A stretch of 64,000 nt of DNA. It comes from a virus (taxonomy: Duplodnaviria; Caudoviricetes). The DNA lies in the IMG/VR virus record IMGVR_UViG_641201006_000001, positions 154,949-218,948 of that record; one strand, written 5' to 3'. The first letter of the stretch is position 1, and each line of letters starts with the position of its first letter. Positions 49,774-59,356 of this stretch are shown here, piece by piece. A program made the position numbers and the translations under genes. The notes beneath the pieces are model-generated. The model was not told the origin of the DNA and searched no databases. It was given only the letters and a program-made list of their open reading frames with translations.

Positions 49774-50133
49774 TTAGATTCGTTGTGTTACAATTCTACA
49801 CATTGAATACGCCTGTATCGTAAAGACATTATAAATATTGCGAAGCTGGTCGTATGCTTTCTCGTCGTCGCTAAACTCATCAATGAGTATCGCTAATTCT
49901 TCGAGCATTAAGAAAGCCTTTAAATCATCCAGTGCGGTAACTCCTAAACGAATTAACTGATGGACTAAACGAAAATCATTCAAGCGTCCTTTCATGCGTG
50001 TGATAATCTTCGTTCCCAACACTTCGAACTCCCACTGAGGCATAATGAATGTTTCAGCTTCCTCGTTCTTTACGTGCTGTCCAAATAATACACTGGGTAC
50101 AACCTGTTCGTTTTTCAGTGCTAATGATGACAT
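49774..50133 (-). CDS. Hypothetical protein
   Basis: 119 aa; AGGAG SD behind a hairpin element. Confidence 0.7.
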   Translation of the reverse strand: MSSLALKNEQVVPSVLFGQHVKNEEAETFIMPQWEFEVLGTKIITRMKGRLNDFRLVHQLIRLGVTALDDLKAFLMLEELAILIDEFSDDEKAYDQLRNIYNVFTIQAYSMCRIVTQRI

Positions 50134-50196
50134 AATAATCTCCTACTTTCATATAGTTTTAGTTTTACAAAAGAAGCCGTGCGAACGGCTCCTGCT

Positions 50197-50664
50197 TTAC
50201 TGACGACGAGCTTTACCTAGCGTAGCCAAATCAATAACAGCTTCACACAAGAATGCGGCGGTATCCACAACACCGTGAGCGACATCACCAATCGTACCTA
50301 ACGTGTTATCAAGTATTCCTTCACGTTTCGGTTTCTCGGCGTCCTTACCACCATCCATCGCAACAGATTGAATCTTACCTGTTGCCATGCCCTCGATGAC
50401 ACGCTCAAGACCTTCGATGCGTCCTGCGTGATTCTCAAGGATTTCCTGATGTTCGGATAACTTCTCTTTCACTTTGTTGATACGTTTGTTTGTGTATGCA
50501 TTCGCTTTTTGAACGGATGTTGATACACATTTCTGCATAATTATGTCGAGTTGTTGCTCGGCTGTCAATTCTGACACACCCTCATTTTCCTCGATTTCTT
50601 CGCCTTCAATCTCTTCGAAGTCTTCATCGTCTTGAACCTCGACAGTTACTCTTTCTTCCGCCAT
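50197..50664 (-). CDS. Hypothetical coiled-coil protein
   Basis: ATG 50664 after AAGGGAAG. Confidence 0.7.
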   Translation of the reverse strand: MAEERVTVEVQDDEDFEEIEGEEIEENEGVSELTAEQQLDIIMQKCVSTSVQKANAYTNKRINKVKEKLSEHQEILENHAGRIEGLERVIEGMATGKIQSVAMDGGKDAEKPKREGILDNTLGTIGDVAHGVVDTAAFLCEAVIDLATLGKARRQ

Positions 50665-51165
50665 TTCCAACACTTCCCTTCTTTTTCGCCTAATATCATC
50701 CAATAATGTGACAACTTTGTGAACGTTTAGGTCAAAAAGTAACAAAATGACACTTTTCCGGATAATTATATATATAGTGAGGAGGGTTCTACAGGGGTCA
50801 GCGACTCGAATCGCTCACAAAAAGAAAAACCTCCCCAAACCACATGGTATAGTGGTCGTGTTCACCTTGCATAAAACATGCAAGACAAAAACCATCACTA
50901 CACACTACAATGAAGTAGGATGTGAGTTTGATAACTTGATACACTCGAACTGAAACTCGCATAGCACTACCGCACAACGAATGACTCAAGTGATTCAAGT
51001 AATTTAAGATGGGGCTATATCTAAGGGGAGAACATCGCTTCGCATACGCTACGCTGAGTCCTCCCCTTTAGAATCCCCTCTCCAATCATCCATAGGATAG
51101 GTTTGTTGGAGAATGTATACTGCGTTCATTTGAAGACAGTACAATACACGTCGTGCGAACGACGA

Positions 51166-51549
51166 TTAACTATGTGACTCCGGTGATTCCATTTCAGATT
51201 CCGATTCATAGTGCAGTTCAGGATTGATGTTATTATCAACAATGGATGTAATCTTATCACCGTCGTTATCTGCACCTGCATAGCTTTTCGATGCACGTTC
51301 CTCTGCATCACGTTGAACCATATCACTATAGGCTTCCGCTTCTATATCACGTTGAGCGTCATTCTCCCACATTGGTTCCTCGATAGCCTTACGTAAGTCA
51401 CGCACGATTGTAGGAAGTGCTTGTGCGACTTTAAGAGAATCCATAATGTTTAAGCCTTCGATAGAATACTCTAGTTTACCAATTTCAATAGTTGCCTCTT
51501 GCGTTGGGACGTTTACTTTAATACCTTCTACGTTAAATTTAATGTTCAT
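51166..51549 (-). CDS. Hypothetical protein
   Basis: 127 aa; AGGAGG SD. Confidence 0.75.
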   Translation of the reverse strand: MNIKFNVEGIKVNVPTQEATIEIGKLEYSIEGLNIMDSLKVAQALPTIVRDLRKAIEEPMWENDAQRDIEAEAYSDMVQRDAEERASKSYAGADNDGDKITSIVDNNINPELHYESESEMESPESHS

Positions 51550-51639
51550 TATGATTTCCTCCTAAAATGGTTTAGAGCCACGTCGAATGTGACCACGTTT
51601 TTGTTTTTAAAAAATAAAGAGCAGGATCTCCGCTCCGGA

Positions 51640-51825
51640 TTAATAACCAAATGCAATGCGTGCGTCACGAATGAACTCACGTCTGACAGCAGGAGATGCG
51701 TTTTCCCACGCTGGTAACTCTCTGCCCGATAACATAACTCTCGCTCGATAATTAATATACAGGGTACGAGCGTAACCCTTAATTTGATGTTTAACGTCTA
51801 CGATTTCTAATGCTGATACTGTCAT
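51640..51825 (-). CDS. Small hypothetical protein
   Basis: ATG 51825 after GGAGAG. Confidence 0.6.
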   Translation of the reverse strand: MTVSALEIVDVKHQIKGYARTLYINYRARVMLSGRELPAWENASPAVRREFIRDARIAFGY

Positions 51826-51896
51826 GATTGACACTCTCCATTTCATATGTAATTTTCAAAGAACAATAATACATAACAAGCCGTGCGAACGGCTGA

Positions 51897-52025
51897 TTAA
51901 ACCACTGCTACTGCATAGCCACCACGAATTAAATCGACAGCGACACGCATAGGTACATGAACTTTATCACCTACTGTGAATTTTGCACCATAACCTAATG
52001 AATCAATAATTTTAAGACATAACAT
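51897..52025 (-). CDS. Small protein (42 aa)
   Basis: Below the cutoff; AGGAGG SD; lies between two hairpin elements; MLCLKIIDSLGYGAKFTVGD... Confidence 0.65.
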   Translation of the reverse strand: MLCLKIIDSLGYGAKFTVGDKVHVPMRVAVDLIRGGYAVAVV

Positions 52026-52074
52026 GCGTGTACCCTCCTATAATAAAATACATAAAAGCCCGTGCGAACGGGCA

Positions 52075-52641
52075 TTACGAGGCGAATAATTTCTCTCCTC
52101 TTCTAACCTTACGCACGAGCTTTCTATTTGGTTCAAGCACAAGCATAGGTAGTTTCTTACGCTGTGCATATTTTAAACAGTTTGTTGTTCCACTAGAACC
52201 ATTCCATACACCAATGATTGCCGTAGCATTATCAACCATATATTCATTACGTGCTTGCATACAACGCATGGTAAAGGGTTGATTACTTACCATCGTTACA
52301 ACATCAGCTTTGGATTTAATCCACTTATAATGCTTGCGTGCTTCTGGTCGCCATTTGTTACCGTGACCTTCATGCGGGACGGCAATCTCTAGTGTGATGT
52401 CGGGATATAACTTACGTGCTTCAATTACAATTTCAGCAGCCCACGTATCGACGCCCAACGCACCACCTGTGATGAAGTGTGCATTCGGATATTTCTTACA
52501 GTATGCTAGTATCTTCTTCGTAAGCCATATATACACCATCTTGTTGTCGGGATTATCTTTATCGAATCCGAACAAGTTCTGCGGGCGTGGGCCTGTAAAT
52601 GTTAATACTTTTCTACCTTGTTGGCGTGGTGTTAATGTCAT
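52075..52641 (-). CDS. SLOG-family (YspA/DUF1273-like) protein
   Basis: FTGPRP, FITGGALGVD, ARNEYMVD, GTTNCLKYA. Confidence 0.88.
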   Translation of the reverse strand: MTLTPRQQGRKVLTFTGPRPQNLFGFDKDNPDNKMVYIWLTKKILAYCKKYPNAHFITGGALGVDTWAAEIVIEARKLYPDITLEIAVPHEGHGNKWRPEARKHYKWIKSKADVVTMVSNQPFTMRCMQARNEYMVDNATAIIGVWNGSSGTTNCLKYAQRKKLPMLVLEPNRKLVRKVRRGEKLFAS

Positions 52642-52643
52642 GA

Positions 52644-52748
52644 TTATCGTCCCCTTATCATATTAATAGCGATTGCAAATACTATAAGTCCTATCCAACC
52701 CGGAGGGGTACAGAATATTAATGTTAATGCTGTTGCGATTGCTTCCAT
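52644..52748 (-). CDS. Small hydrophobic peptide (34 aa)
   Basis: MEAIATALTLIFCTPPGWIGLIVFAIAINMIRGR fills the gap. Confidence 0.5.
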   Translation of the reverse strand: MEAIATALTLIFCTPPGWIGLIVFAIAINMIRGR

Positions 52749-52750
52749 GA

Positions 52751-52999
52751 TTACAATACACCATCCTTTAGTTTCCACGTATAAATACCATGAACATCTA
52801 CAGCTTCATCACCCATCAAACGACGAGTTTGTTCTGTATCATCATAGAAATCATCTTTCTTAAACTGTCCAGCTTCACTTAACCATTTCCATGCATATGT
52901 TTCATTAATAGGCATAATAGCTTCATTCGCTTCGATACATATCTGTCTTGCGATTACCTCTCTACTTGGATTATGCATTAAGAACTCTTCAATTGTCAT
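52751..52999 (-). CDS. Hypothetical protein
   Basis: AAGGGAG SD behind a hairpin element. Confidence 0.65.
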   Translation of the reverse strand: MTIEEFLMHNPSREVIARQICIEANEAIMPINETYAWKWLSEAGQFKKDDFYDDTEQTRRLMGDEAVDVHGIYTWKLKDGVL

Positions 53000-53077
53000 A
53001 GCCACTATCTCCCTTGTTATGTAATAAAAGAACAGTCCATGTCGTGCGAACGACACGAACCGTCCTATCTTATACTA

Positions 53078-56000
53078 TTAAGCTTGTTTGCGTAAACCTT
53101 TTGCTTCTACATATAATTCATAGTGAGCAAATTGTAATACTAATGCACGGAATGCAGGATTCATGTTCTCACGGCATACATCGAATACACCTTTAGCAAC
53201 AGCTTTCACACCAACAGATGCTTTACGTCCGTCGCCTAGAACAACAGTTACAACTGCACACTCATGACCAACAGCTAATTTACCAGTTTGTTCAACAGAT
53301 ACACCAGCAACATCCATTGCTTCTGTATCAAATTCTGCTGTCCAGTAGTCAGCACTTAAATCCATAGAGTCAAGAACATCGTTGTTGAAGTTTAATGTGA
53401 ATACTTCTGCTTCTTCTTGGTACTCTTCTGTTTCCATGTCGTCATCCATTTCGATAACTGCTTTTTCTTCTTCCATGTATCCAGTGTAAGCAGGTTCTTC
53501 TACATAGTATGGTTGCTCGTTAACAGATGTTGTAACAACTTCTTCTTGGCGATCCGCAACTTCTGTTACTTCCTCTTTCTTAGCTTTTTGTTTCTTCACT
53601 AGTACACGGTCGAATGTCATTTCTAAGAAGAATGCTTGCACTTCCTTCTCTTTACCTGCACGCTTCGCCATGTAAGTTGGTTCTAATTTATCTAAGTTTG
53701 TTACTGTTAATTCACATGCACCAGTTTCCGCTACGTATTGAGCAACGTTTGCTTTTTGGTCACGAGCAACAGCACCGATACGTTGTTTACCAGTATATAC
53801 GTTCACACGCATTTCACGGTCAACTTTCTTTTGAACAAGACGAATCTTACCTTCGTTCTTTTGTAGTAATGCAAGAACATCATGTGAAGATAAATCTTCG
53901 AACTTCCATCCTTTAATTTCGAATGTAGCGAACTGTTCGATTGGACGCTCAACTTGACGCTTCTCTGCAACAGACTTCGTACCCATGATGATGAACACTT
54001 GACCATTACGTTTGAATGTTTTGTAAGTACCGTTTGGTAATTTAGACTCAACACGGTAGTCTTCACCTTCTGATACATTACGGTAGAACTTTAATTCAGA
54101 AGGTACATCATCAATATGACCATCGAACTGAACTTTACGAAGTTTTGTTTTTGTGTCTGTAGATTTAGACACGTTTAATAATAAACCATCATAGCAAGTT
54201 ACCCACGGGAATGAGATAGACTTACCTTTTGATGTAGATGAGAAATATGTGTGTTGATAAGCAGCACCAGCGATGTCACGGATGTCACCGTCGATAGATT
54301 GTACTGCTCTTGTGTACTTATCCATGATATGAGAAATATGTGCTTGTTCCTCTTCATCAGTTAACTCCATGTCACGCATGTTCATTAACTCTTTACGGTA
54401 AGCACCTTCTAAGTCAGAGATGATAGGACGAATACGATTTACTTCTGCATCGTCAACATCAGCTAAGAACTCAAGTGTGAAGTCAACAGTTGTTTCTTTT
54501 GTTTCTTGCTTGAACTTCGTTTCCATATACTCTTTAACAGCGTTGAATAATTGACCTAACTGAGACTTAGATACGAAAACATTTTTCTCTTTGTTCACTT
54601 TCTTCATTACGTTGAACTGTTTCCAGTGTGGTTGCTCCATGATTTCTACATATTCAGGAACTTCAGGGAAGAATCCAGTTTTAGCGAAGTCAATTGACCA
54701 ACCTTGCATGAAACGTAAGATACAAACAATCTCATCAATACGAGCAGGTGTTAAAGACTCACCATTGATTTTACGCTCTTTCATGATTTTAGGATTGTTC
54801 GCAATATCTTTCCATGCAGTAGACATGTTTGTAATTTCACCAATAGATAATACATCTTCGTTGATGATTGTTGCTAAGTCATACTTGAAGATTTGTGCTT
54901 CTGAGTTCGGGCTTTCACCAGCTTTGAAACCAGCATCATATAACATTGGTAAACCAGTTTCAACTGCATCACAAATCTCGTCGTTCTCAACCATTGCTAC
55001 TTTATCACCATCTGTATCCGCTCCACCCATACGTGGTAATGTATCATCGAACGGGTTCATGATTAAGATGTCTTGGTTAAATACATGGTAAGCAGGTGCA
55101 TCAACAGTGTTTAGTACCACTGCTTCTGATTTATGGATTAATGGAGAACGGAAAGCAGCGAAGCGTGACTCTACTCCATTGTAGTAATATTCACCAGCTT
55201 TAAGTACAGCTTTTCTGCCGAACTGTAATTCAGGGCATGTAACGATATAAGGGTTCGCACCTTTCACTGGGATACGTCCTTTCGCCATGTCACCCACATA
55301 CTTCTCACGAGTTTTACGGATTGTTTCTTGTACGAAACGCTCACCAATCATGTCAGGATTCTCCGTTAATAACTCGATAACTTTTTGAATCTTACCACCT
55401 GCGGCATTCATCTTCTTATCGTACTCACCAGCATCACGTCCAGTGTCATACATACCTAAGAATGCTTTTGCATCATCAGCGTTAGAGAAGATAGTTTCTT
55501 TTAACTCTTTTAATGCACGTCCTGCGAATGTCTTAGGAGAAATCTTGTCATTGCGAAGTGCTTGCCAATATTGGTAACCCATGAACACTGTATCGTTTAA
55601 GCGGTTCTTCTGCCATAATACAATCTCAAGTTTTACACGTTTCTCTGATGGACACTCTTCACTCACGTAGTAAGGATTGAAGTTTTCTTTCCACATTGAA
55701 TCAGTGAACATGATGTCTTTCGTGAAGTCATACTTGTGTGTCTTCTCACCGAAGAACTCCATGCATTTACCAGTGTTACGAGTCTTACGTCCGTTGCAGT
55801 CTTTTGTCTCAAGGTTATGTGGGTATACAAGTAATAAACCTTTAGTGAAACCGAAACGAATTTGGAATGCAGATGGTACTTTACTCCATACTTTAAGGAA
55901 CTCTTCGTTACCTTCTACTTCTGCAATACGTACATCTTGGTTATAGATTTCTAACCAGTCTAATAACATTTCACGTTCGTTACGAGAGATTAACTCAAGA

Positions 56001-56734
56001 CGATGTGCTGTACGAACTGCGGCACTCGGTAACATTGTACCTTGACCATCTAATGGCTCGTAAGTATCAACATGTTGTTTGTATGTGCTTAGTTTACGAG
56101 TCTTCCAGTCATATACTTTGATGTCATGTTTACGTTCGATAGCGTAGTCAGGCATAATGTCGAATGAGAAGTCTTCGTTCGTGATCTCAATCGTTGATGA
56201 CTCTGCTAAACCGTAACGTGCTTCCATGTTTGCAATCTTCACTTCTTCCGGGAACTCTGCACCATAAGATACACCATCACGTACTTCTTTCACTGGTAAG
56301 CTAGTCATTAGACGTTTACCTACACGAGTCTGTGATGCTGATGTTAATACACGACGATATACTACACGAGTGCCGTCTAACTTAACGATAGTTAAACCTT
56401 TCTTTAGAATACGACGAATAGCAAGTTTCGCACTCTCTTTATCTTCTTTAGATAAACCACCATATGAGAAGTTCACTACAATGAACTCTTCTGCAAGACG
56501 TACAGTTACTTCTTCGTTCAGTTCGTTGCCGTTCTCATCAACAATAGTCTTAACACGTACTTCTGTCTTATGAGAGAACATACGGAATGCACGGTTTTCT
56601 GATACGAATGTTTTCACTGATTTGAATCCACGTTGACCATAGTTTGCTTCATAGAATACATAGTCACGTCCCTCTGCTTGTACATCTGCGATATTGATAA
56701 TTCCTACTTCAAATTGATTACGTTTCTTAGCCAT
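53078..56734 (-). CDS. YonO-like single-subunit two-barrel RNA polymerase (homologous to eukaryotic cellular RdRPs)
   Basis: DGQG, FQIRFGFTKG, FRSP and catalytic GGADTDGD; about 1218 aa; AAGGTGG SD. Confidence 0.9.
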   Translation of the reverse strand: MAKKRNQFEVGIINIADVQAEGRDYVFYEANYGQRGFKSVKTFVSENRAFRMFSHKTEVRVKTIVDENGNELNEEVTVRLAEEFIVVNFSYGGLSKEDKESAKLAIRRILKKGLTIVKLDGTRVVYRRVLTSASQTRVGKRLMTSLPVKEVRDGVSYGAEFPEEVKIANMEARYGLAESSTIEITNEDFSFDIMPDYAIERKHDIKVYDWKTRKLSTYKQHVDTYEPLDGQGTMLPSAAVRTAHRLELISRNEREMLLDWLEIYNQDVRIAEVEGNEEFLKVWSKVPSAFQIRFGFTKGLLLVYPHNLETKDCNGRKTRNTGKCMEFFGEKTHKYDFTKDIMFTDSMWKENFNPYYVSEECPSEKRVKLEIVLWQKNRLNDTVFMGYQYWQALRNDKISPKTFAGRALKELKETIFSNADDAKAFLGMYDTGRDAGEYDKKMNAAGGKIQKVIELLTENPDMIGERFVQETIRKTREKYVGDMAKGRIPVKGANPYIVTCPELQFGRKAVLKAGEYYYNGVESRFAAFRSPLIHKSEAVVLNTVDAPAYHVFNQDILIMNPFDDTLPRMGGADTDGDKVAMVENDEICDAVETGLPMLYDAGFKAGESPNSEAQIFKYDLATIINEDVLSIGEITNMSTAWKDIANNPKIMKERKINGESLTPARIDEIVCILRFMQGWSIDFAKTGFFPEVPEYVEIMEQPHWKQFNVMKKVNKEKNVFVSKSQLGQLFNAVKEYMETKFKQETKETTVDFTLEFLADVDDAEVNRIRPIISDLEGAYRKELMNMRDMELTDEEEQAHISHIMDKYTRAVQSIDGDIRDIAGAAYQHTYFSSTSKGKSISFPWVTCYDGLLLNVSKSTDTKTKLRKVQFDGHIDDVPSELKFYRNVSEGEDYRVESKLPNGTYKTFKRNGQVFIIMGTKSVAEKRQVERPIEQFATFEIKGWKFEDLSSHDVLALLQKNEGKIRLVQKKVDREMRVNVYTGKQRIGAVARDQKANVAQYVAETGACELTVTNLDKLEPTYMAKRAGKEKEVQAFFLEMTFDRVLVKKQKAKKEEVTEVADRQEEVVTTSVNEQPYYVEEPAYTGYMEEEKAVIEMDDDMETEEYQEEAEVFTLNFNNDVLDSMDLSADYWTAEFDTEAMDVAGVSVEQTGKLAVGHECAVVTVVLGDGRKASVGVKAVAKGVFDVCRENMNPAFRALVLQFAHYELYVEAKGLRKQA

Positions 56735-56846
56735 GATAAATTCCACCTTTTCATTTTTTATAGTTTTATAGTTTGATTCATACTCTGTCGTGTCTTGGGC
56801 GGACACAACAATCATCACTTACACGCCCAACCGTGCGAACGGTGGG

Positions 56847-57295
56847 CATAACGTGCGTGATACTAACTTTCGGATTTCATTACGCTGACATTATGCCAAC
56901 TTCAATCGTTCTCTTGTGCGTTTGTCGTCCATCTCTATAGCGTAACGAACAATCGCTGGTCGATATTTGATATATAATGCATATATCTCCTTATCGCTCT
57001 TATACTCATACCAGTGGTCGGCATAAGGAAGTATAACCATCAACTTCTCTATCATGCCTTGCACTTCTCTGCTGCGAGCAAGTCGCTGACCGTAATACAT
57101 AACACTCACCTCCTTTCAATTTCGCGGGCGACATAACGTACCCGATACTAAGAATATCTATATAAACCTCCTATACATACATAAGACATATAAGAGAGGA
57201 AAGACATAACGTGTGCGATACTGTGAATACATAACACATGCGATACTAGAATGACATAACGTACGTGATACGAGAGACATAACGTGTGCGATACT
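56847..57295. repeat. Direct repeats CATAAC-N6-GATAC (iteron- or operator-like)
   Basis: Copies at 56847, 57132, 57205, 57230, 57255, 57278; the last four are spaced 25/25/23 bp. Confidence 0.8.
56891..57100 (-). CDS. Small hypothetical protein
   Basis: AAAGGAGGTGA SD. Confidence 0.7.
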   Translation of the reverse strand: MYYGQRLARSREVQGMIEKLMVILPYADHWYEYKSDKEIYALYIKYRPAIVRYAIEMDDKRTRERLKLA

Positions 57296-57874
57296 GACTC
57301 TATATATAAGAGACACATATGAGAGTGTCTTGAATGACTTAGGTAACAATTTAGATACACTTAGGATATATAACAACCTAACACTTGAATGACTTGTGTG
57401 TGACAACACACAAGAGAAATACCTCCCAACCATGTTCAGCGTATGCTACGACTGTGCTTATCCACGTTTGGTACGACGAACCATAAATGGTACAACGTCC
57501 CAGTTTCCTTGAGTGACTTGTGGAGCAGGGAGAGAAAGGGACGAAAAGAAAACTATTTCGCCCATATACGTTCGTCGATTGCCCGATGATGCGTGCGAAC
57601 GCAATCATATAAAGCATCAAGCGTGCGAATGCGTTTCGAATGAAAGCAATGCGACGCAAAATGAAGATGCCATATATACAGGGACGACGAACCATAACTG
57701 GTAGAGCGTACCAGTTGTACAAGAACGACGCTGGGTGGTGAACGGCTCGCTCTGCTCGCCGTCGTAGGTCACTGCGTTTCCCCACAACACCCTTCCTGCG
57801 AATACGCCGGAGGCGGGGTATCACACAAGCAGAACCTCTATTGACTGCGAACACGGTCTGAATGTACGACCGTA

Positions 57875-58621
57875 CTACGCTCCACATCTTAACCATGCAT
57901 CTCTTATTTCATAACCGGTTGGCTGACGTTCATTGTTGCTAACGAACAACTCACGAAATTCGACCAACCACGATGCATCTACTGTTCCGCTGTATCTTGT
58001 CACTAGAGTATTTTCCTTACGCTCCGCAGGACTCACATTCTCCTGCTTCGGTTTATTATGCGTCTGTACTCGCTTACGCTCCTCTTGTTTTACTCGTACG
58101 GATGCTGGCATCTTACGTACTCGGACTAACGCTTTTACTATGCGTGCAATGTCACCATGCACTCCATTACTGAATGGCTTAAATGAATCAATCGCTGACT
58201 GTATCATCATTGGTTTCATAGGTTTCCCATCCACCTTTATATATGGTCGTGCATCAGATGGATTCCATCCAATCTTAACTGTTACTCCCTTTTGTTTGAA
58301 GACAACGCCCAGCTCGTTGCTACGCACATACTCAAATACTTTCGTGTACGCTGGTGCTGTCTTTTCTTCCGGCTCGCTGTCGCTCGCCGAATCATATCCT
58401 AGTTCCTCTGCTACATAGAAGTCATTCAGACACTCTATGCAAATGTGTCCATCATCCTCTGTGTAACATAGGTGACGAGACTCCTCATTGCAGAGTTCAC
58501 ATTGCTCGCTGACGCTCGCAAGTTTTACAGTCATCACTTTATAACTACGACCAAGTTTCTTTGTTTTCCAATCCATCCATAATACATATCTCTCTTCATT
58601 CACTACTGTTAAATTCATCAT
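57875..58621 (-). CDS. Hypothetical protein with a zinc finger
   Basis: CELC...CIEC; GGAGG SD. Confidence 0.75.
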   Translation of the reverse strand: MMNLTVVNEERYVLWMDWKTKKLGRSYKVMTVKLASVSEQCELCNEESRHLCYTEDDGHICIECLNDFYVAEELGYDSASDSEPEEKTAPAYTKVFEYVRSNELGVVFKQKGVTVKIGWNPSDARPYIKVDGKPMKPMMIQSAIDSFKPFSNGVHGDIARIVKALVRVRKMPASVRVKQEERKRVQTHNKPKQENVSPAERKENTLVTRYSGTVDASWLVEFRELFVSNNERQPTGYEIRDAWLRCGA

Positions 58622-58654
58622 TTTAAATTCCTCCAATTTATATGTTTTTTGTTT

Positions 58655-59345
58655 AAAGCCGGGGACTCATTAGTGGTAGCCTGTTCAGGGCATCTCAGAC
58701 TTCACCAATCGTGTCCATGAAGTTGCTAGGTCAACTGACACTGACTGAACAACTCCGTAGAGATTGTTTTCACATGTGCGTGCGTTATGTCTTCTAGTCA
58801 TGACGTACTCTCCCTCGACCAAGAGTTAGAGTCGGCGTCCTAGCTTCTTGCACTTCCCTCGAAAGGGTGGCTATCCACTAGGGGCGTCCTCCATTCTTGT
58901 TAGTACGGAGAGCAGCAATGACATACATGATGTCACGCAATGAGGACTCGTGTTGTCTTAACCCGAAGCAATCTGTGTCCTCACTGCTTCGGGATGTTAG
59001 CTGGTTGCTAAGTTTCCTAGTACCATGTTTGTCCGCTACCCTATCGCGCTATCACTGATTACGGAGTGACCATCCGGGATACTGAATAAATGCTACATAT
59101 ATCTCACGACATACTGCATTGCCTGATTCCTCAACAGATCTCTTGTTTATACCGACGTTGATTCAGACGTCGAGGCATACTTGTGAAACGGTGGATGCTT
59201 ACCGTGCCTGATAGGTCGCTACTCGTCTACTGTTATGAGTAACAACGATGTTAGGTCTGATGATTCTACGAGGGCAACCAACCCTCCTCTCTGGTGTAGT
59301 TATAGTTGACACCATAAGAGACACGATATGCTCATGTCTCCTAGC
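58655..59345 (-). ncRNA. Large structured non-coding RNA candidate (~690 nt)
   Basis: No ORF of 60 aa or more; relatively GC-rich; H-type pseudoknot and long-range helices. Confidence 0.65.
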
Positions 59346-59356
59346 TACCAACTATA

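Larger units (their letters stand above)
9740..57606 (-). repeat. Dispersed hairpin element family CGTTCGCACG-N8-TGTA (candidate phage hairpin promoter)
   Basis: + strand core CGTGCGAACG starts at 9752, 23130, 26469, 34587, 38249, 43251, 45634, 48433, 49751, 50178, 51152, 51882, 52061, 53043, 56832, 57592; variants at 17259 and 57622; all one orientation; flanks differ but always extend the stem. Confidence 0.9.

Noticed and set aside
53078-56734. True RNA-dependent RNA replicase
   Set aside because: The dsDNA-phage context and the YonO precedent favour a DNA-dependent RNAP; RNA-templated activity is untested
57131-57295. CRISPR array
   Set aside because: Units are only 23-25 bp with no spacer-length unique sequence, and there are no cas genes
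9740-57606. The GTGCGAAC hairpins as ordinary terminators only
   Set aside because: Several lack a U-tract, the loop is invariant and TGTA sits at a fixed distance; termination may be a secondary role
57148-57896. ORFs 57148..57360, 57158..57433 and 57378..57896
   Set aside because: Repeat-derived or atypical composition and no convincing SD
58655-59345. tmRNA, RNase P RNA or an ORF-less group I intron
   Set aside because: No T-arm/CCA end, RNase P signature or P7 pair seen, and no interrupted gene
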